A DNA stretch of 64,000 nt from Candidatus Omnitrophota bacterium (GTDB taxonomy: Bacteria; Omnitrophota; Gorgyraeia; Aquiviventales; Aquiviventaceae). Each line of letters opens with the position of its first letter. The first letter of the stretch is position 1. The notes under the pieces are model-generated. The model searched no databases. It worked only from the letters and a program-made list of their open reading frames with translations, and was not told where the DNA came from. Below, piece by piece: positions 28,882 to 37,778 of the stretch. Where the stretch lies: positions 14,234 to 78,233 of the forward strand of contig JACPAY010000008.1 of assembly GCA_016180575.1 (NCBI GenBank), in the 5' to 3' direction. Position numbers and translations under genes: made by a program.

Positions 28882-30116
28882 AGGATTTGAAGATCTCGGA
28901 GCTCACGAAGGTGGCGCGCGAGCTGGGGGTCAACGGGATCTCCGGCTTGAAGAAGCAGGACCTGATCTTCAAGATCCTGTCGGCGCAAACGGAAAAGGAG
29001 GGGCTCATCTTCTCCTCCGGGGTGCTGGAGATCCTGCCGGACGGGTTCGGCTTCCTCCGGTCGCCCAACTACAACTACCTGCCGTGCCCGGACGACATCT
29101 ACGTCTCGCCGTCCCAGATCCGCCGCTTCGACCTGCGGACGGGCGACGTCGTCAACGGACAGGTCCGGCCGCCGAAGGAGGGGGAGCGCTACTTCGCCCT
29201 CCTGAAGGTCGAGGCGGTGAACCACGAGAACCCCGAGGACTCGAAGGTCAAGGCGAACTTCGACAACCTCACGCCGATCTACCCGAAGGAGCGGTTCGTG
29301 CTCGAGACCTCCCAGAAGGAGGTCTCGACCCGCATCATGGACCTCCTGACGCCGATCGGGAAGGGCCAGCGCGGGCTCATCGTGGCGCCCCCCTACAGCG
29401 GCAAGACCGTCCTGCTGCAGAAGATCGCCAACGCCATCACGACGAACCATCCGGAGGTGGTCCTGATCGTGCTGCTCATCGACGAGCGGCCGGAAGAGGT
29501 GACCGACATGCAGCGCTCGGTCAAGGGCGAGGTCATCTCCTCCACGTTCGACGAGCCGGCCGACCGCCACATCCAGGTGGCGGAGATCGTGCTGGAGAAG
29601 GCCAAGCGCCAGGTGGAGCACAAGAAGGACGTCGTGGTGCTCCTCGATTCCATCACGCGCCTGGCCCGGGCCTACAACACGGTCGAGCCCCACAGCGGGC
29701 GCGTGCTGACGGGCGGCCTCGACGCCAATGCGCTCCACAAGCCGAAGCGGTTCTTCGGCTCCGCGCGCGGCGTGGAGGAGGGCGGCAGCCTCACCATCAT
29801 CGGGACCTGCATCGTGGACACCGGCTCCCGGATGGACGAGGTCATCTTCGAGGAGTTCAAGGGGACGGGGAACATGGAGCTGACGATGGACCGCAACCTG
29901 TTCCAGCGGCGGGTCTATCCGGCCATCGACATCCGGCGCTCGAACACGCGGCGGGAGGAGCTGCTCGTCCCGAACGATGACCTCCAGCGGATCTGGGTCC
30001 TGCGCAAGGTCCTCAACGAGATGGACCCGGTGCAATCGATGGAGCTCCTGATCGACCGGCTCTCCAAGACGAAGTCGAACCAGGAGTTCCTCGCGACGAT
30101 GGCGAAGAAGAGCTGA
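28818..30116 (+). CDS. rho: Transcription termination factor Rho
   Basis: ORF 28818..30116, 432 aa. Has an N-terminal RNA-binding domain ([14 protein letters not shown]), a Walker A region (APPYSGKT) and a RecA-type core. Confidence 0.96.
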   Translation: METTGAAPQQQQQAKLDIAALKDLKISELTKVARELGVNGISGLKKQDLIFKILSAQTEKEGLIFSSGVLEILPDGFGFLRSPNYNYLPCPDDIYVSPSQIRRFDLRTGDVVNGQVRPPKEGERYFALLKVEAVNHENPEDSKVKANFDNLTPIYPKERFVLETSQKEVSTRIMDLLTPIGKGQRGLIVAPPYSGKTVLLQKIANAITTNHPEVVLIVLLIDERPEEVTDMQRSVKGEVISSTFDEPADRHIQVAEIVLEKAKRQVEHKKDVVVLLDSITRLARAYNTVEPHSGRVLTGGLDANALHKPKRFFGSARGVEEGGSLTIIGTCIVDTGSRMDEVIFEEFKGTGNMELTMDRNLFQRRVYPAIDIRRSNTRREELLVPNDDLQRIWVLRKVLNEMDPVQSMELLIDRLSKTKSNQEFLATMAKKS

Positions 30117-30126
30117 GGGCCACCAC

Positions 30127-30342
30127 ATGAAGGACGGCATCCATCCGGAGTACGTCGAGTGCACGATCACCTGCACCTGCGGCGCTGTCTACCAGACCCG
30201 CTCGACGCGAAAGAGCCTGCACGTGGAGATCTGCGCCAGCTGCCATCCCTTCTTCACCGGCACGCAGAAGCTGGTGGACACGGCCGGCCGCGTGGAGAAG
30301 TTCAAGCGGAAGTACAGCCGCAAGACACCCGCCAAGAAATGA
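30127..30342 (+). CDS. rpmE: 50S ribosomal protein L31 (Cys-containing form)
   Basis: ORF 30127..30342. MKDGIHPEY...CTCGAVY...[11 protein letters not shown]...VEKFKRKY. Confidence 0.95.
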   Translation: MKDGIHPEYVECTITCTCGAVYQTRSTRKSLHVEICASCHPFFTGTQKLVDTAGRVEKFKRKYSRKTPAKK

Positions 30343-30350
30343 CAGCGATA

Positions 30351-30418
30351 GTCCCGGGTCCGGTTCCCGGTTTCCCGGAGTTCTCCGATAGGAAAGCGGG
30401 AACCGGACTCCTCATTTG
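30351..30418 (+). repeat. Family-1 hairpin repeat, copy c (forward)
   Basis: GTCCCGGGTCCGGTTCCCGGTTTCC-loop-GGAAAGCGGGAACCGGACTCCTCATTTG. It ends 1 nt before the prfA ATG. Confidence 0.85.
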
Positions 30419-30419
30419 A

Positions 30420-31517
30420 ATGATCCCTCGGCAACAACTCCTTGACCAGCTCGCGCAGTTCGACCGGCGCTACACGGAGCTGGAGCAGCGCCTCGCCGAG
30501 CTGGCCGGCAGCCGCAGCGACCCGCAGGCCTACCAGGCGCTCTCCAAAGAGCTCTCCGACCTGCGCGACACCGTGCTGAGCTACCGGACGTACCTGCGGA
30601 TCGAGCGCGAGGCGGTCGAAGCGGAATCACTCTTCCATGCCCAGGGCGACCTGGAGGTGCGGGAGCTGGCCAAGGAAGAGGCGGTGGCGCTGCGCCAGCA
30701 GCAGGTCGAGCTGCTGGCGGAGCTTGAGCGGGATTGGCTCTCGCGGCACGAAGCGCCGGAGCGTCCCCTGATCGTCGAGATCCGGGCCGGCACCGGCGGC
30801 CAGGAAGCGAGCCTGTTCGTGGCCGACCTCTACCGCATGTACACCAAATACGCGGCGCGGTGCGGTCTCGCGGTGGAGCCGCTGGAGTCGCAGCGGACGG
30901 AAGCGGGCGGGTTCAAGGAGATCGCGTTCTCGGTGAAGGGCCCGGGCGCCTGGCGGCGGTTCCAATATGAGCGGGGGGTCCACCGGGTGCAGCGCGTGCC
31001 CGCCACGGAAGCGCAGGGACGCATCCATACCTCCACCGTGACCGTGGCGGTCCTGCCGGAACCAGAGGAGGTCGAGCTGGCGGCGATCCCGTCGAAGGAC
31101 CTCCAGATCGACGTCTTCCGGTCGTCCGGTCCAGGGGGGCAGGGGGTGAACACGACGGACTCGGCGGTGCGCATCCGGCATCTCCCCACGGGCCTGGTCG
31201 TGACCTGCCAGGATGAGCGGAGCCAGCTGCGGAACAAAGAGAAGGCGATGCGCGTGCTCCGGGCCCGGCTGCTCGAAGCGCTCCAGCAGGACAAGCGGCA
31301 GCAGGCCGCCCAGGACCGCCGCAAGCAGGTGGGCACGGGTGAGCGCAGCGAAAAGGTCCGGACCTACAATTTTCCCGATCGCCGCGTGACCGACCACCGC
31401 ATCGGGCTGACCCTCCACAAGTTTGACCTCATCCTCGAGGGGGACCTTCAGGAGCTCGTGGACGCGCTGAGTGCCGCGGACCGGTCGACCGCGCTCCAGG
31501 GCGAGACAGGCCCATGA
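30420..31517 (+). CDS. prfA: Peptide chain release factor 1
   Basis: ORF 30420..31517. PAT (PxT) tripeptide, GGQ motif (SSGPGGQGVNTT), prmC downstream. Confidence 0.95.
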   Translation: MIPRQQLLDQLAQFDRRYTELEQRLAELAGSRSDPQAYQALSKELSDLRDTVLSYRTYLRIEREAVEAESLFHAQGDLEVRELAKEEAVALRQQQVELLAELERDWLSRHEAPERPLIVEIRAGTGGQEASLFVADLYRMYTKYAARCGLAVEPLESQRTEAGGFKEIAFSVKGPGAWRRFQYERGVHRVQRVPATEAQGRIHTSTVTVAVLPEPEEVELAAIPSKDLQIDVFRSSGPGGQGVNTTDSAVRIRHLPTGLVVTCQDERSQLRNKEKAMRVLRARLLEALQQDKRQQAAQDRRKQVGTGERSEKVRTYNFPDRRVTDHRIGLTLHKFDLILEGDLQELVDALSAADRSTALQGETGP

Positions 31518-32383
31518 GCCGGCGCCTCGTGCGGGAGGGGGCGCGGCGGCTGCAGGCGGCGGGCCTGGCGCATGGGCGATACGAGGCCGAGTGGCTTCTC
31601 GGCCGCCTGACGGGGACCTCGCCGCTTGAGCTGTACCTGCGGGGGGAAGGGGAGGAACCCCCGGCGCCCATCGCGGAGCGATTTCTCTCGCAGATCGATG
31701 CGCGGGCCGCCGGCACGCCGTTCCAATACCTCCTCGGCGAGGCGGAGTTCTGCGGGCAGCCGTTCGCCGTCCGGCCCGGCGTCTTCATCCCGCGCCCGGA
31801 AACCGAAGCGGTGGTCGAGGCGGCGCTGCGGGCGCTGCGCGAGCGGCAGCGGCGGGCGGGAGCTTCGCTGCGGCTCCTCGACCTGGGGACGGGCAGCGGC
31901 TGCATCGCCGTGACCCTGGCGCGGGCGCTGCCGGCTTGTGTTGTCGTGGGAGTTGAGCTATCATGGGAGGCGCTGTGCGTCGCCCGCCAGAACGTCCTGC
32001 GCCACGGGCTCGCCTCGCGGGTGCAGCTGGTGCAAGGGCGTTGGACGCAGCCGCTGCGCGGCGCGTTCGACGGGGTGGTCGCCAACCCCCCGTACATCCC
32101 CAGCGCTCAGGTGGACCACCTCCCGTTGGACGTGCGGCAGGAGCCCCGGGCAAGCCTTGACGGCGGCGGCGACGGGATGCGGGACCTGAGCGAGCTCATG
32201 CGTCAGGCCCCGCGGCTGTTGGCGCCAGGCGGCGTCCTCGCGCTCGAATGCGGCGAGGAGCAGACAGCACCGCTGGCCGCCGCAGCGGGATGGGCGCGGG
32301 ACGTGAGTCCGCTGCGGGACCTGGCGCAGCGGCCGCGCGGCATACTGGCTATCAAGGCAGGGAAGGAGCCGGTCCTCGGGTGA
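31514..32383 (+). CDS. prmC: Release factor glutamine N5-methyltransferase (HemK/PrmC)
   Basis: ORF 31514..32383. LDLGTGSGCIAV SAM motif and NPPY (VANPPYIP). Confidence 0.92.
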   Translation: MSRRLVREGARRLQAAGLAHGRYEAEWLLGRLTGTSPLELYLRGEGEEPPAPIAERFLSQIDARAAGTPFQYLLGEAEFCGQPFAVRPGVFIPRPETEAVVEAALRALRERQRRAGASLRLLDLGTGSGCIAVTLARALPACVVVGVELSWEALCVARQNVLRHGLASRVQLVQGRWTQPLRGAFDGVVANPPYIPSAQVDHLPLDVRQEPRASLDGGGDGMRDLSELMRQAPRLLAPGGVLALECGEEQTAPLAAAAGWARDVSPLRDLAQRPRGILAIKAGKEPVLG

Positions 32384-33687
32384 CCCGATCGTCCGGTTCG
32401 CCGGTTTCCCCGATCGCCCCCGTCGCGAGCGAGAGATTGCTCATCAGGCCCAGCGGGCCGCTGCGCGGGACGGCGGTGGTGAACGGGGCCAAGAACGCCG
32501 CGCTGCCGATCATGGCGGCGTGCCTGTTGACAGACGAACCGTCGATCATCGAGCGCGTCCCGCACGTGACGGACGTCGTGACGATGATCGAGATCCTCCG
32601 GCAGCTGGGGGTGTCCGTCTCGTTCGCGGACGGGCGGCTGTCGGTCGCGCCCGGCCGGTACACCGGCACCGCGGCCCCCTACGATCTGGTGAGCCGGATG
32701 CGGGCCTCGGTGTGCGTGCTGGGGCCCCTGCTCACCCGGCAGGGGAAGGCCCAGGTCTCCATGCCGGGCGGCTGCGTCATCGGGCCGCGCCCCATCGATC
32801 TCCACCTGAAGGGGCTGCAGGCGCTCGGGGCGGCCTTCACGATCGAGCATGGGTACGTCGTCGGCACGGCGAGCGGGTTGCGGGGCGGCCGCGTGCAGCT
32901 CGGCGGAGCCTTCGGCTCCTCGGTGCTCGCGACGGCCAACGTGATGATGGCCGCGACGCTGGCGGAGGGCGTCACGACGATCGAACAGGCCGCCTGCGAG
33001 CCTGAGGTGGTGGACCTGGCCCATTGCCTCATCGGCATGGGGGCCCGCATCGAGGGGCAGGGCGGACCGGTCATCCGGGTGGAGGGGGTGAGCCGCCTCC
33101 GCGGGGCCCATCACCGGATCATCCCGGATCGCATCGAAAGCGGCACCCTGATGATCGCCGCCGCGATGGTCGGCGGCGACCTGACGCTCGAGGGGGCGCG
33201 TGCCGAGCACCTGGGCGCGGTGATCGACAAGCTCGCGGAGGCCGAGGTCGTGATCGAGAAGTTGGACAGCGCGCTGCGGGTTCGCGCGGCCCATCCGCCG
33301 CGGGCGGTGGAGATCACGACGCTGCCGTTTCCCGGATTCCCGACGGATCTCCAGGCCCAGATGATGGCGCTGATGGCGGTGGGCCGCGGGGTGAGCGTGC
33401 TGACGGAGAAGGTCTACCCCGAGCGCTTCATGCACATCGGGGAGCTGAACCGGATGGGCGCCGCCATCACCCGCGAAGGGTCCAGCGCGATCGTGAAGGG
33501 GGTGGAGCGGCTCTCCGGCGCGCCGGTGAACGGGTCCGACCTGCGCGCATCGGCCGCGCTCCTGCTGGCGGGGATGTGTGCGGAGAACCAGACCGAGCTG
33601 ACCGGCGTGGAGCATCTGAAGCGCGGCTATCAGAACCTCGAGGAACAGCTGGTGCGCCTGGGCGCCGATATCCAGCGCATCAGCTAA
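32380..33687 (+). CDS. murA: UDP-N-acetylglucosamine 1-carboxyvinyltransferase
   Basis: ORF 32248..33687; GTG at 32380 makes a GTGA overlap with prmC. GAKNAALPIMAA; active-site loop region RPIDLHL; EPSP-synthase fold length. Confidence 0.92.
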   Translation: MTRSSGSPVSPIAPVASERLLIRPSGPLRGTAVVNGAKNAALPIMAACLLTDEPSIIERVPHVTDVVTMIEILRQLGVSVSFADGRLSVAPGRYTGTAAPYDLVSRMRASVCVLGPLLTRQGKAQVSMPGGCVIGPRPIDLHLKGLQALGAAFTIEHGYVVGTASGLRGGRVQLGGAFGSSVLATANVMMAATLAEGVTTIEQAACEPEVVDLAHCLIGMGARIEGQGGPVIRVEGVSRLRGAHHRIIPDRIESGTLMIAAAMVGGDLTLEGARAEHLGAVIDKLAEAEVVIEKLDSALRVRAAHPPRAVEITTLPFPGFPTDLQAQMMALMAVGRGVSVLTEKVYPERFMHIGELNRMGAAITREGSSAIVKGVERLSGAPVNGSDLRASAALLLAGMCAENQTELTGVEHLKRGYQNLEEQLVRLGADIQRIS

Positions 33688-33701
33688 TCGGAAAGGAGCC
33701 C

Positions 33702-33956
33702 ATGGTCGTCATTCGCTTGCAGCGGCGGGGCACGAAGAAGACCCCGCACCATCGCATCGTCGCGGCCGACCGGCGCCATGCCCAGCGCGGGCGGGTGCTG
33801 GAGACGCTGGGATACTACGACCCCTCCGATGACCCCCCGCGGTTCTTGCTGGATGAGGCGCGCCTGGGGTACTGGGTGTCGACGGGCGCCCAGATGTCCG
33901 AGGCGGTCGCCGCCCTCGTGAGGCGGTTCAAGCGCACGCAGGCGAATGCGGTGTGA
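33702..33956 (+). CDS. rpsP: 30S ribosomal protein S16
   Basis: In-frame ATG at 33702 after [50 protein letters not shown]. Confidence 0.95.
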   Translation: MVVIRLQRRGTKKTPHHRIVAADRRHAQRGRVLETLGYYDPSDDPPRFLLDEARLGYWVSTGAQMSEAVAALVRRFKRTQANAV

Positions 33957-34671
33957 TGTGCTGACGGCGTTCCCGGAGATGTTCCCGGGCGTGCTGGGCG
34001 CCTCGATCCTGAAGCGCGCCCAGGCGAGCGGCCGCCTGCGGATCGCGGTCCATGACCTGCGAGACTACACGCATGACAAGCGCCGGACGCTCGATGACCG
34101 CCCCTACGGCGGCGGGCCGGGCATGGTGATGCGCGTGGAGCCGATCGCCGAGGCGGTCGAGGCCCTGCGCGCGGGGTGCCGAAGCGCCCGCCACCGCAGC
34201 TGTCAGACGATCCTGCTCACGCCGGCGGGCGAGCGGCTCACGTCGAGCCTGGCGAAGGAGCTGGCCGGCGTCGGGCACCTGGTCCTCATCTGCGGCCACT
34301 ACGAGGGGGTTGATGAGCGCGTGCGGGAGCTGCTCGTGGACCGCAGCCTGTCCATCGGCGATTACGTGCTGACGGGCGGGGAGCTGCCGGCGATGGTGCT
34401 CATCGACTGCATGGCCCGCTTTGTCCCGGGCGTGCTCGGGCACCGGGAGGCGACGGTGGAGGAGTCCTTCAGCGCCGGGTGGCTTGAGTACCCGCAGTAC
34501 ACGCGGCCGACGACGTTCCGGGAGAAGCGGGTGCCGGACGTGCTGCTGTCCGGCGATCATGAGCGCATCGCGCGGTGGCGGAAGCTCCAGGCCGCGGCCC
34601 GGACGCTGGCGACGCGGCCGGATCTGGCGACGAACGGCCGCCGCCGCGAGGGTGGTCAACGGAGAGGGTGA
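33946..34671 (+). CDS. trmD: tRNA (guanine37-N1)-methyltransferase
   Basis: ORF 33946..34671. [43 protein letters not shown]. Confidence 0.95.
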   Translation: MRCDVLTAFPEMFPGVLGASILKRAQASGRLRIAVHDLRDYTHDKRRTLDDRPYGGGPGMVMRVEPIAEAVEALRAGCRSARHRSCQTILLTPAGERLTSSLAKELAGVGHLVLICGHYEGVDERVRELLVDRSLSIGDYVLTGGELPAMVLIDCMARFVPGVLGHREATVEESFSAGWLEYPQYTRPTTFREKRVPDVLLSGDHERIARWRKLQAAARTLATRPDLATNGRRREGGQRRG

Positions 34672-34672
34672 G

Positions 34673-35092
34673 ATGGACTGGCTGACACAGGTGCACGGCA
34701 CAGCGCCGCCCGAGCGGCCGGCGTTCCGTCCGGGCGATGAGGTCCGTGTCTGGTACCGGATCCTCGAGCAGGGCAAAGAGCGGCTGGGGCAGTTTGAGGG
34801 GATCGTCATCCGCCTCAGGGGGGCCGGGCGGTCGCGGACGTTCACCGTCCGGCGCGTCACGCACGGCGAGGGGGTCGAGCGGGTCTTTCCCGTCGATTCG
34901 AAGATCATCTCCAAGATCGACGTCCTCCGACAGGGCAAGGTCCGTCGCAGCCGCCTCTATTTCCTGCGGTCGGTGATCGGCAAGCGCCGCATCGCCGCGG
35001 CGAGCGAGCCCAAGACCCTGAATGCCGAGCCCGCCACCGAGAAGCCCGAGGGGATCGCCGCCGCGACCGGGCAGCCCGCCCCGCAGCCCTGA
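34673..35092 (+). CDS. rplS: 50S ribosomal protein L19
   Basis: In-frame ATG at 34673 within ORF 34421..35092. FRPGDEVRVWYRILEQGKERLGQFEGIVI...FTVRRV..GEGVERVFP, plus a Pro/Ala-rich tail. Confidence 0.93.
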   Translation: MDWLTQVHGTAPPERPAFRPGDEVRVWYRILEQGKERLGQFEGIVIRLRGAGRSRTFTVRRVTHGEGVERVFPVDSKIISKIDVLRQGKVRRSRLYFLRSVIGKRRIAAASEPKTLNAEPATEKPEGIAAATGQPAPQP

Positions 35093-35696
35093 CGCGCTGG
35101 TCCGCGCCGCCGGGTTCCGCTGGGTGGCGGGGGTGGACGAGGCGGGCTGCGGTCCGTGGGCCGGCCCCGTGGTGGCCGCCGCGGTCATCCTCCGCGCGTC
35201 CAGCCTGCCGGTCCGCATCGACGACTCCAAGCGGCTCACCCCGGCCCAACGCGCGAGGGCCTTTCAGGCCATTCTGGAGCATGCCGAGGTGGGCTTCGGG
35301 ATTGTCTGCGCCCAGGAGATCGACCGCGAGAACATCCTCCGGGCCGCCCACGCGGCCATGCAGCACGCGGTGCTGGATCTCCCCCGGGTTCCGGATTTCA
35401 TCCTCCTCGACGGCCGCTTTCCCCTGAGCCCTCCGCATCCCTGCTGGCCGATCGTCCGGGGCGATCAGCGCAGCTATGTCATCGGCTGCGCTTCCATCAT
35501 GGCGAAGGTGCTGCGGGACGGGCTGATGGACTTCTACCACCGGCTCGCCCCACGCTACGCCTTCAACCGCCACAAGGGCTACGGCACCGCGCTGCACGCC
35601 GAGCGCCTGCGGCGGCTTGGGCCGTCGGTGTTCCACCGGCGCAGCTTCGGCCCCGTGGCCGAGGCGATCCTGCATGAGCGACGCGCACAGCTTTGA
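35022..35696 (+). CDS. rnhB: Ribonuclease HII
   Basis: ORF 35022..35696. VAGVDEAGCGPWAGPVVAAAV, DDSKRLT, DGRF..., SIMAKV. The start is uncertain: ATG at 35022 overlaps rplS by 71 nt, and GTG at 35120 is the alternative. Confidence 0.85.
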   Translation: MPSPPPRSPRGSPPRPGSPPRSPDALVRAAGFRWVAGVDEAGCGPWAGPVVAAAVILRASSLPVRIDDSKRLTPAQRARAFQAILEHAEVGFGIVCAQEIDRENILRAAHAAMQHAVLDLPRVPDFILLDGRFPLSPPHPCWPIVRGDQRSYVIGCASIMAKVLRDGLMDFYHRLAPRYAFNRHKGYGTALHAERLRRLGPSVFHRRSFGPVAEAILHERRAQL

Positions 35697-36171
35697 CATC
35701 GTGTCGAAGGTGAATCTGCAGGAGCTGCGGAATGCGCTCCAGCAGGCGCAGAAGGAGGTCGCGACACGGTTCGACTTCCGCGGCAGCCGCGCCGGCATCG
35801 CGTTTGAGGAGTCGCCGCCGGTGGTCAAGCTCACCGCGGATCAGCCTGCCCAGCTGAAGGGCGTGCTCGACGTGCTGCAGGGGAAGATGGCGAAGCGGGG
35901 CGTGCCGCTGAATGCCTTCCGGTGGGATCCGCCCGACACGCTCCCGGGCGGCGGCGCCAAGCAGCAGGGCCATCTCCAGCAGGGATTGAGCACGGAGCAC
36001 GCCCGGGACATCGTGGCGACGATCAAGGCGCTGGGCTTGAAGGTGCAGCCGCGCATCGATGGCGATGCGGTGCGGGTGAGCGCGAAGGCGATTGATGACC
36101 TCCAGACGGTCATCCAGGCCGTGAGAGCGAAGGGCTTCCCGGTCCCCCTGCAGTTCGAAAATTACCGCTGA
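35674..36171 (+). CDS. yajQ: YajQ family (UPF0234) nucleotide / cyclic-di-GMP-binding protein
   Basis: In-frame ATG at 35674. MSDAHSFDIVSKVNLQELRNALQQAQKEVATRFDFRGS ... PLQFENYR matches the YajQ family end to end. Confidence 0.88.
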   Translation: MSDAHSFDIVSKVNLQELRNALQQAQKEVATRFDFRGSRAGIAFEESPPVVKLTADQPAQLKGVLDVLQGKMAKRGVPLNAFRWDPPDTLPGGGAKQQGHLQQGLSTEHARDIVATIKALGLKVQPRIDGDAVRVSAKAIDDLQTVIQAVRAKGFPVPLQFENYR

Positions 36172-36187
36172 ACGGTGGTGTCTCAAT

Positions 36188-36278
36188 GTGGCGGGTCCTG
36201 CCGCGCCGCCACCCCGTCGGCTGTCCTCGGCCTTCGCCTGCGGGCAGGCGACGGGGTCCCCGGCTCTGCGTCACCCGC
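36188..36278 (+). repeat. Family-2 structured repeat, copy a
   Basis: GTGGCGGGTCCTGCCGCGCCGCCACCCCGTCGG...CGACGGGGTCCCCGGCTCTGCGTCACCCGC. About 90% identical to 55655-55751, with nested stems. Confidence 0.8.
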
Positions 36279-36330
36279 CAAATTGAGTGTTTGGGGTGTC
36301 CCGGTATCCATCTTCTGATAGGGCTGTGGG

Positions 36331-36825
36331 TTGCAAGGCTCAATCGAGCAGTTTCTAGCGCAGGTTGCCCGGCGGGGGTCCTGGGTGGGCGGGGGGAGTG
36401 TCGCGGCGTTCAGCGCGGCGCTCTCGGCCGCGCTCCTCGAAAAGTTGGTCCATGACCCCGCCGCCGCCCGGCGTCTCGGCGCGGTGCGCCGGGAGTGCCT
36501 GGCGCTGCTGGACCGGGACGCGGAGGCGTTCGCCCGCGTCATCCGGACGACGCGGCGCAAGGACCGGCGGGCCTTCCGGGCAGCGCTCCAGGCGGCGACC
36601 GAAGTGCCCTGCCGCGTCTTCGAGCACGCCCAGCGGGTGCAGGCCGCGTGCCGCGCCGCCCAGCAAGCCGTCAAGCCGAGATTCCAGTCGGACCTGCGGT
36701 GCGCGATGGCCGTGGCGATCGCCGCGGGGGAATCGGCCCGCACGCTGATTCACACCAACCTCGCCTGGCTGAACGACCCGGCCTATGCGAAGCGAATCCG
36801 CCGAAGGCTCCAGGCCGCCGGATGA
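36331..36825 (+). CDS. Cyclodeaminase/cyclohydrolase-family protein (FtcD C-terminal / FchA-like)
   Basis: ORF 36331..36825 with a TTG start. GGGSVAAFSAALSAALLEKLV and an all-helical remainder typical of the formiminotransferase-cyclodeaminase C-domain. ATGA overlap with folD. Confidence 0.7.
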   Translation: MQGSIEQFLAQVARRGSWVGGGSVAAFSAALSAALLEKLVHDPAAARRLGAVRRECLALLDRDAEAFARVIRTTRRKDRRAFRAALQAATEVPCRVFEHAQRVQAACRAAQQAVKPRFQSDLRCAMAVAIAAGESARTLIHTNLAWLNDPAYAKRIRRRLQAAG

Positions 36826-37691
36826 CCGAGCAGCTTCTCCGCGCAGCCGATATCGTCGACCGGCTGGAGCCGCAGCTCAAACGGGACATCGACCAGCTCC
36901 GCGCACAGCACGGGAAGGGGCCGCACCTCCGCATCCTCTACTTTACGGACCACTCGCCCTCGATCTTGTTTAAAAACGCGCAAGAAAAGGTCGCGAGGCG
37001 GCTTGGCATCACCCCGGGAACTCAGGGCTGCGATTGGGGGCATGTGACACGTGAAGAGGTGAAACGCGTGATCACGCAATGGAACCGCGACCCGGCGGTC
37101 CACGGAATCTTCGTCCATCAGCCGCTGCCTCCGCAGCTGGACGCTCAGGAGATTTCCACGCTCATTGATCCGCAGAAGGACGTGGAGGGCATCCATCCGC
37201 AAAACTCCGCCAGGCGGTTTTTCGCTAAGGCGCGGATCGGGTCCTGCACGGCGCTCGCGGTCATGGAGCTGATCGACGAGGCGCTCCGGCGGAGCGGGGG
37301 CACGCTGGAAGGCAAGGAGGCCGTGGTCGTCGGGCACAGCGAGATCGTGGGGCGCCCCGTGGGGATGCTGCTGCTGGACCGGCTGGCGACGACGACGGTG
37401 TGCCACGTGGCGACGAAGGCGCTTCAGCAGCACGTGGAGCGGGCGGACGTCCTGGTGGTGGCGGTCGGGCAACCCGAGCTCATCAAGGGCGCGTGGATCA
37501 AACCGGGCGCGGTCGTCATCGACGTCGGCATCAACGTGGTCGGGGGGAAGGTGGTGGGCGATGTGGAGTTCGAGGCCGCCCGCGCGCGCGCGGCCTTCCT
37601 CACGCCGGTCCCCGGCGGGGTGGGCCCGGTCACCGTCATGATGGTGATGAAGAACACCGTGGAAGCGTTCAAGCTCCAACAAAAAGGTTAG
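36822..37691 (+). CDS. folD: Bifunctional 5,10-methylene-THF dehydrogenase / 5,10-methenyl-THF cyclohydrolase
   Basis: In-frame ATG at 36822. VHGIFVHQPLP, DVEGIHP, VVGHSEIVGRPVGMLL, TPVPGGVGPVTVMM. Confidence 0.93.
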   Translation: MTEQLLRAADIVDRLEPQLKRDIDQLRAQHGKGPHLRILYFTDHSPSILFKNAQEKVARRLGITPGTQGCDWGHVTREEVKRVITQWNRDPAVHGIFVHQPLPPQLDAQEISTLIDPQKDVEGIHPQNSARRFFAKARIGSCTALAVMELIDEALRRSGGTLEGKEAVVVGHSEIVGRPVGMLLLDRLATTTVCHVATKALQQHVERADVLVVAVGQPELIKGAWIKPGAVVIDVGINVVGGKVVGDVEFEAARARAAFLTPVPGGVGPVTVMMVMKNTVEAFKLQQKG

Positions 37692-37773
37692 CGTGTTTGC
37701 GCGTTTGCGAGTTTGCGCGTTCGTGTCACGGTAGACTGAACGCGCCAACGCGCCAACGCGCCAACGCGTGAAC
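37691..37773 (+). repeat. Octad-repeat-armed hairpin between folD and metF
   Basis: Left arm GCGTGTTT GCGCGTTT GCGAGTTT GCGCGTTC (37691-37723), right arm (CGCGCCAA)x3 CGCGTGAA (37738-37773). About 33 bp paired, with a T.C mismatch recurring every 8 nt. Ends 5 nt before the metF ATG. Confidence 0.8.
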
Positions 37774-37778
37774 TCAAC

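Noticed and set aside
35022-35092. A 71-nt overlap between rplS and rnhB, and a 64-nt overlap between coaE and rho, as possible programmed frameshift or fusion sites.
   Set aside because: Both are more simply explained by uncertain start-codon choice or non-conserved C-terminal extensions. No slippery heptamer or conserved structure was seen.
36188-36278. ZTP (pfl) riboswitch upstream of the folate genes. The repeat contains GGGTC, TGGCG and CGCCTGCGGGCA, reminiscent of GGGUC / UGGCG / CCGCCUGGGCA.
   Set aside because: The order of the conserved blocks is wrong and the 3' box has an insertion. A near-identical copy sits upstream of unrelated quinone/respiratory genes at 55655. It is better explained as a dispersed repeat. 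An Rfam scan would settle it.
23703-37773. Could the tandem short repeats (heptads/octads) be CRISPR-like or minisatellite arrays?
   Set aside because: The units are 7-8 nt with no spacers, only 3-5 copies, always paired with a complementary array, and no cas genes are present. This is not CRISPR architecture.
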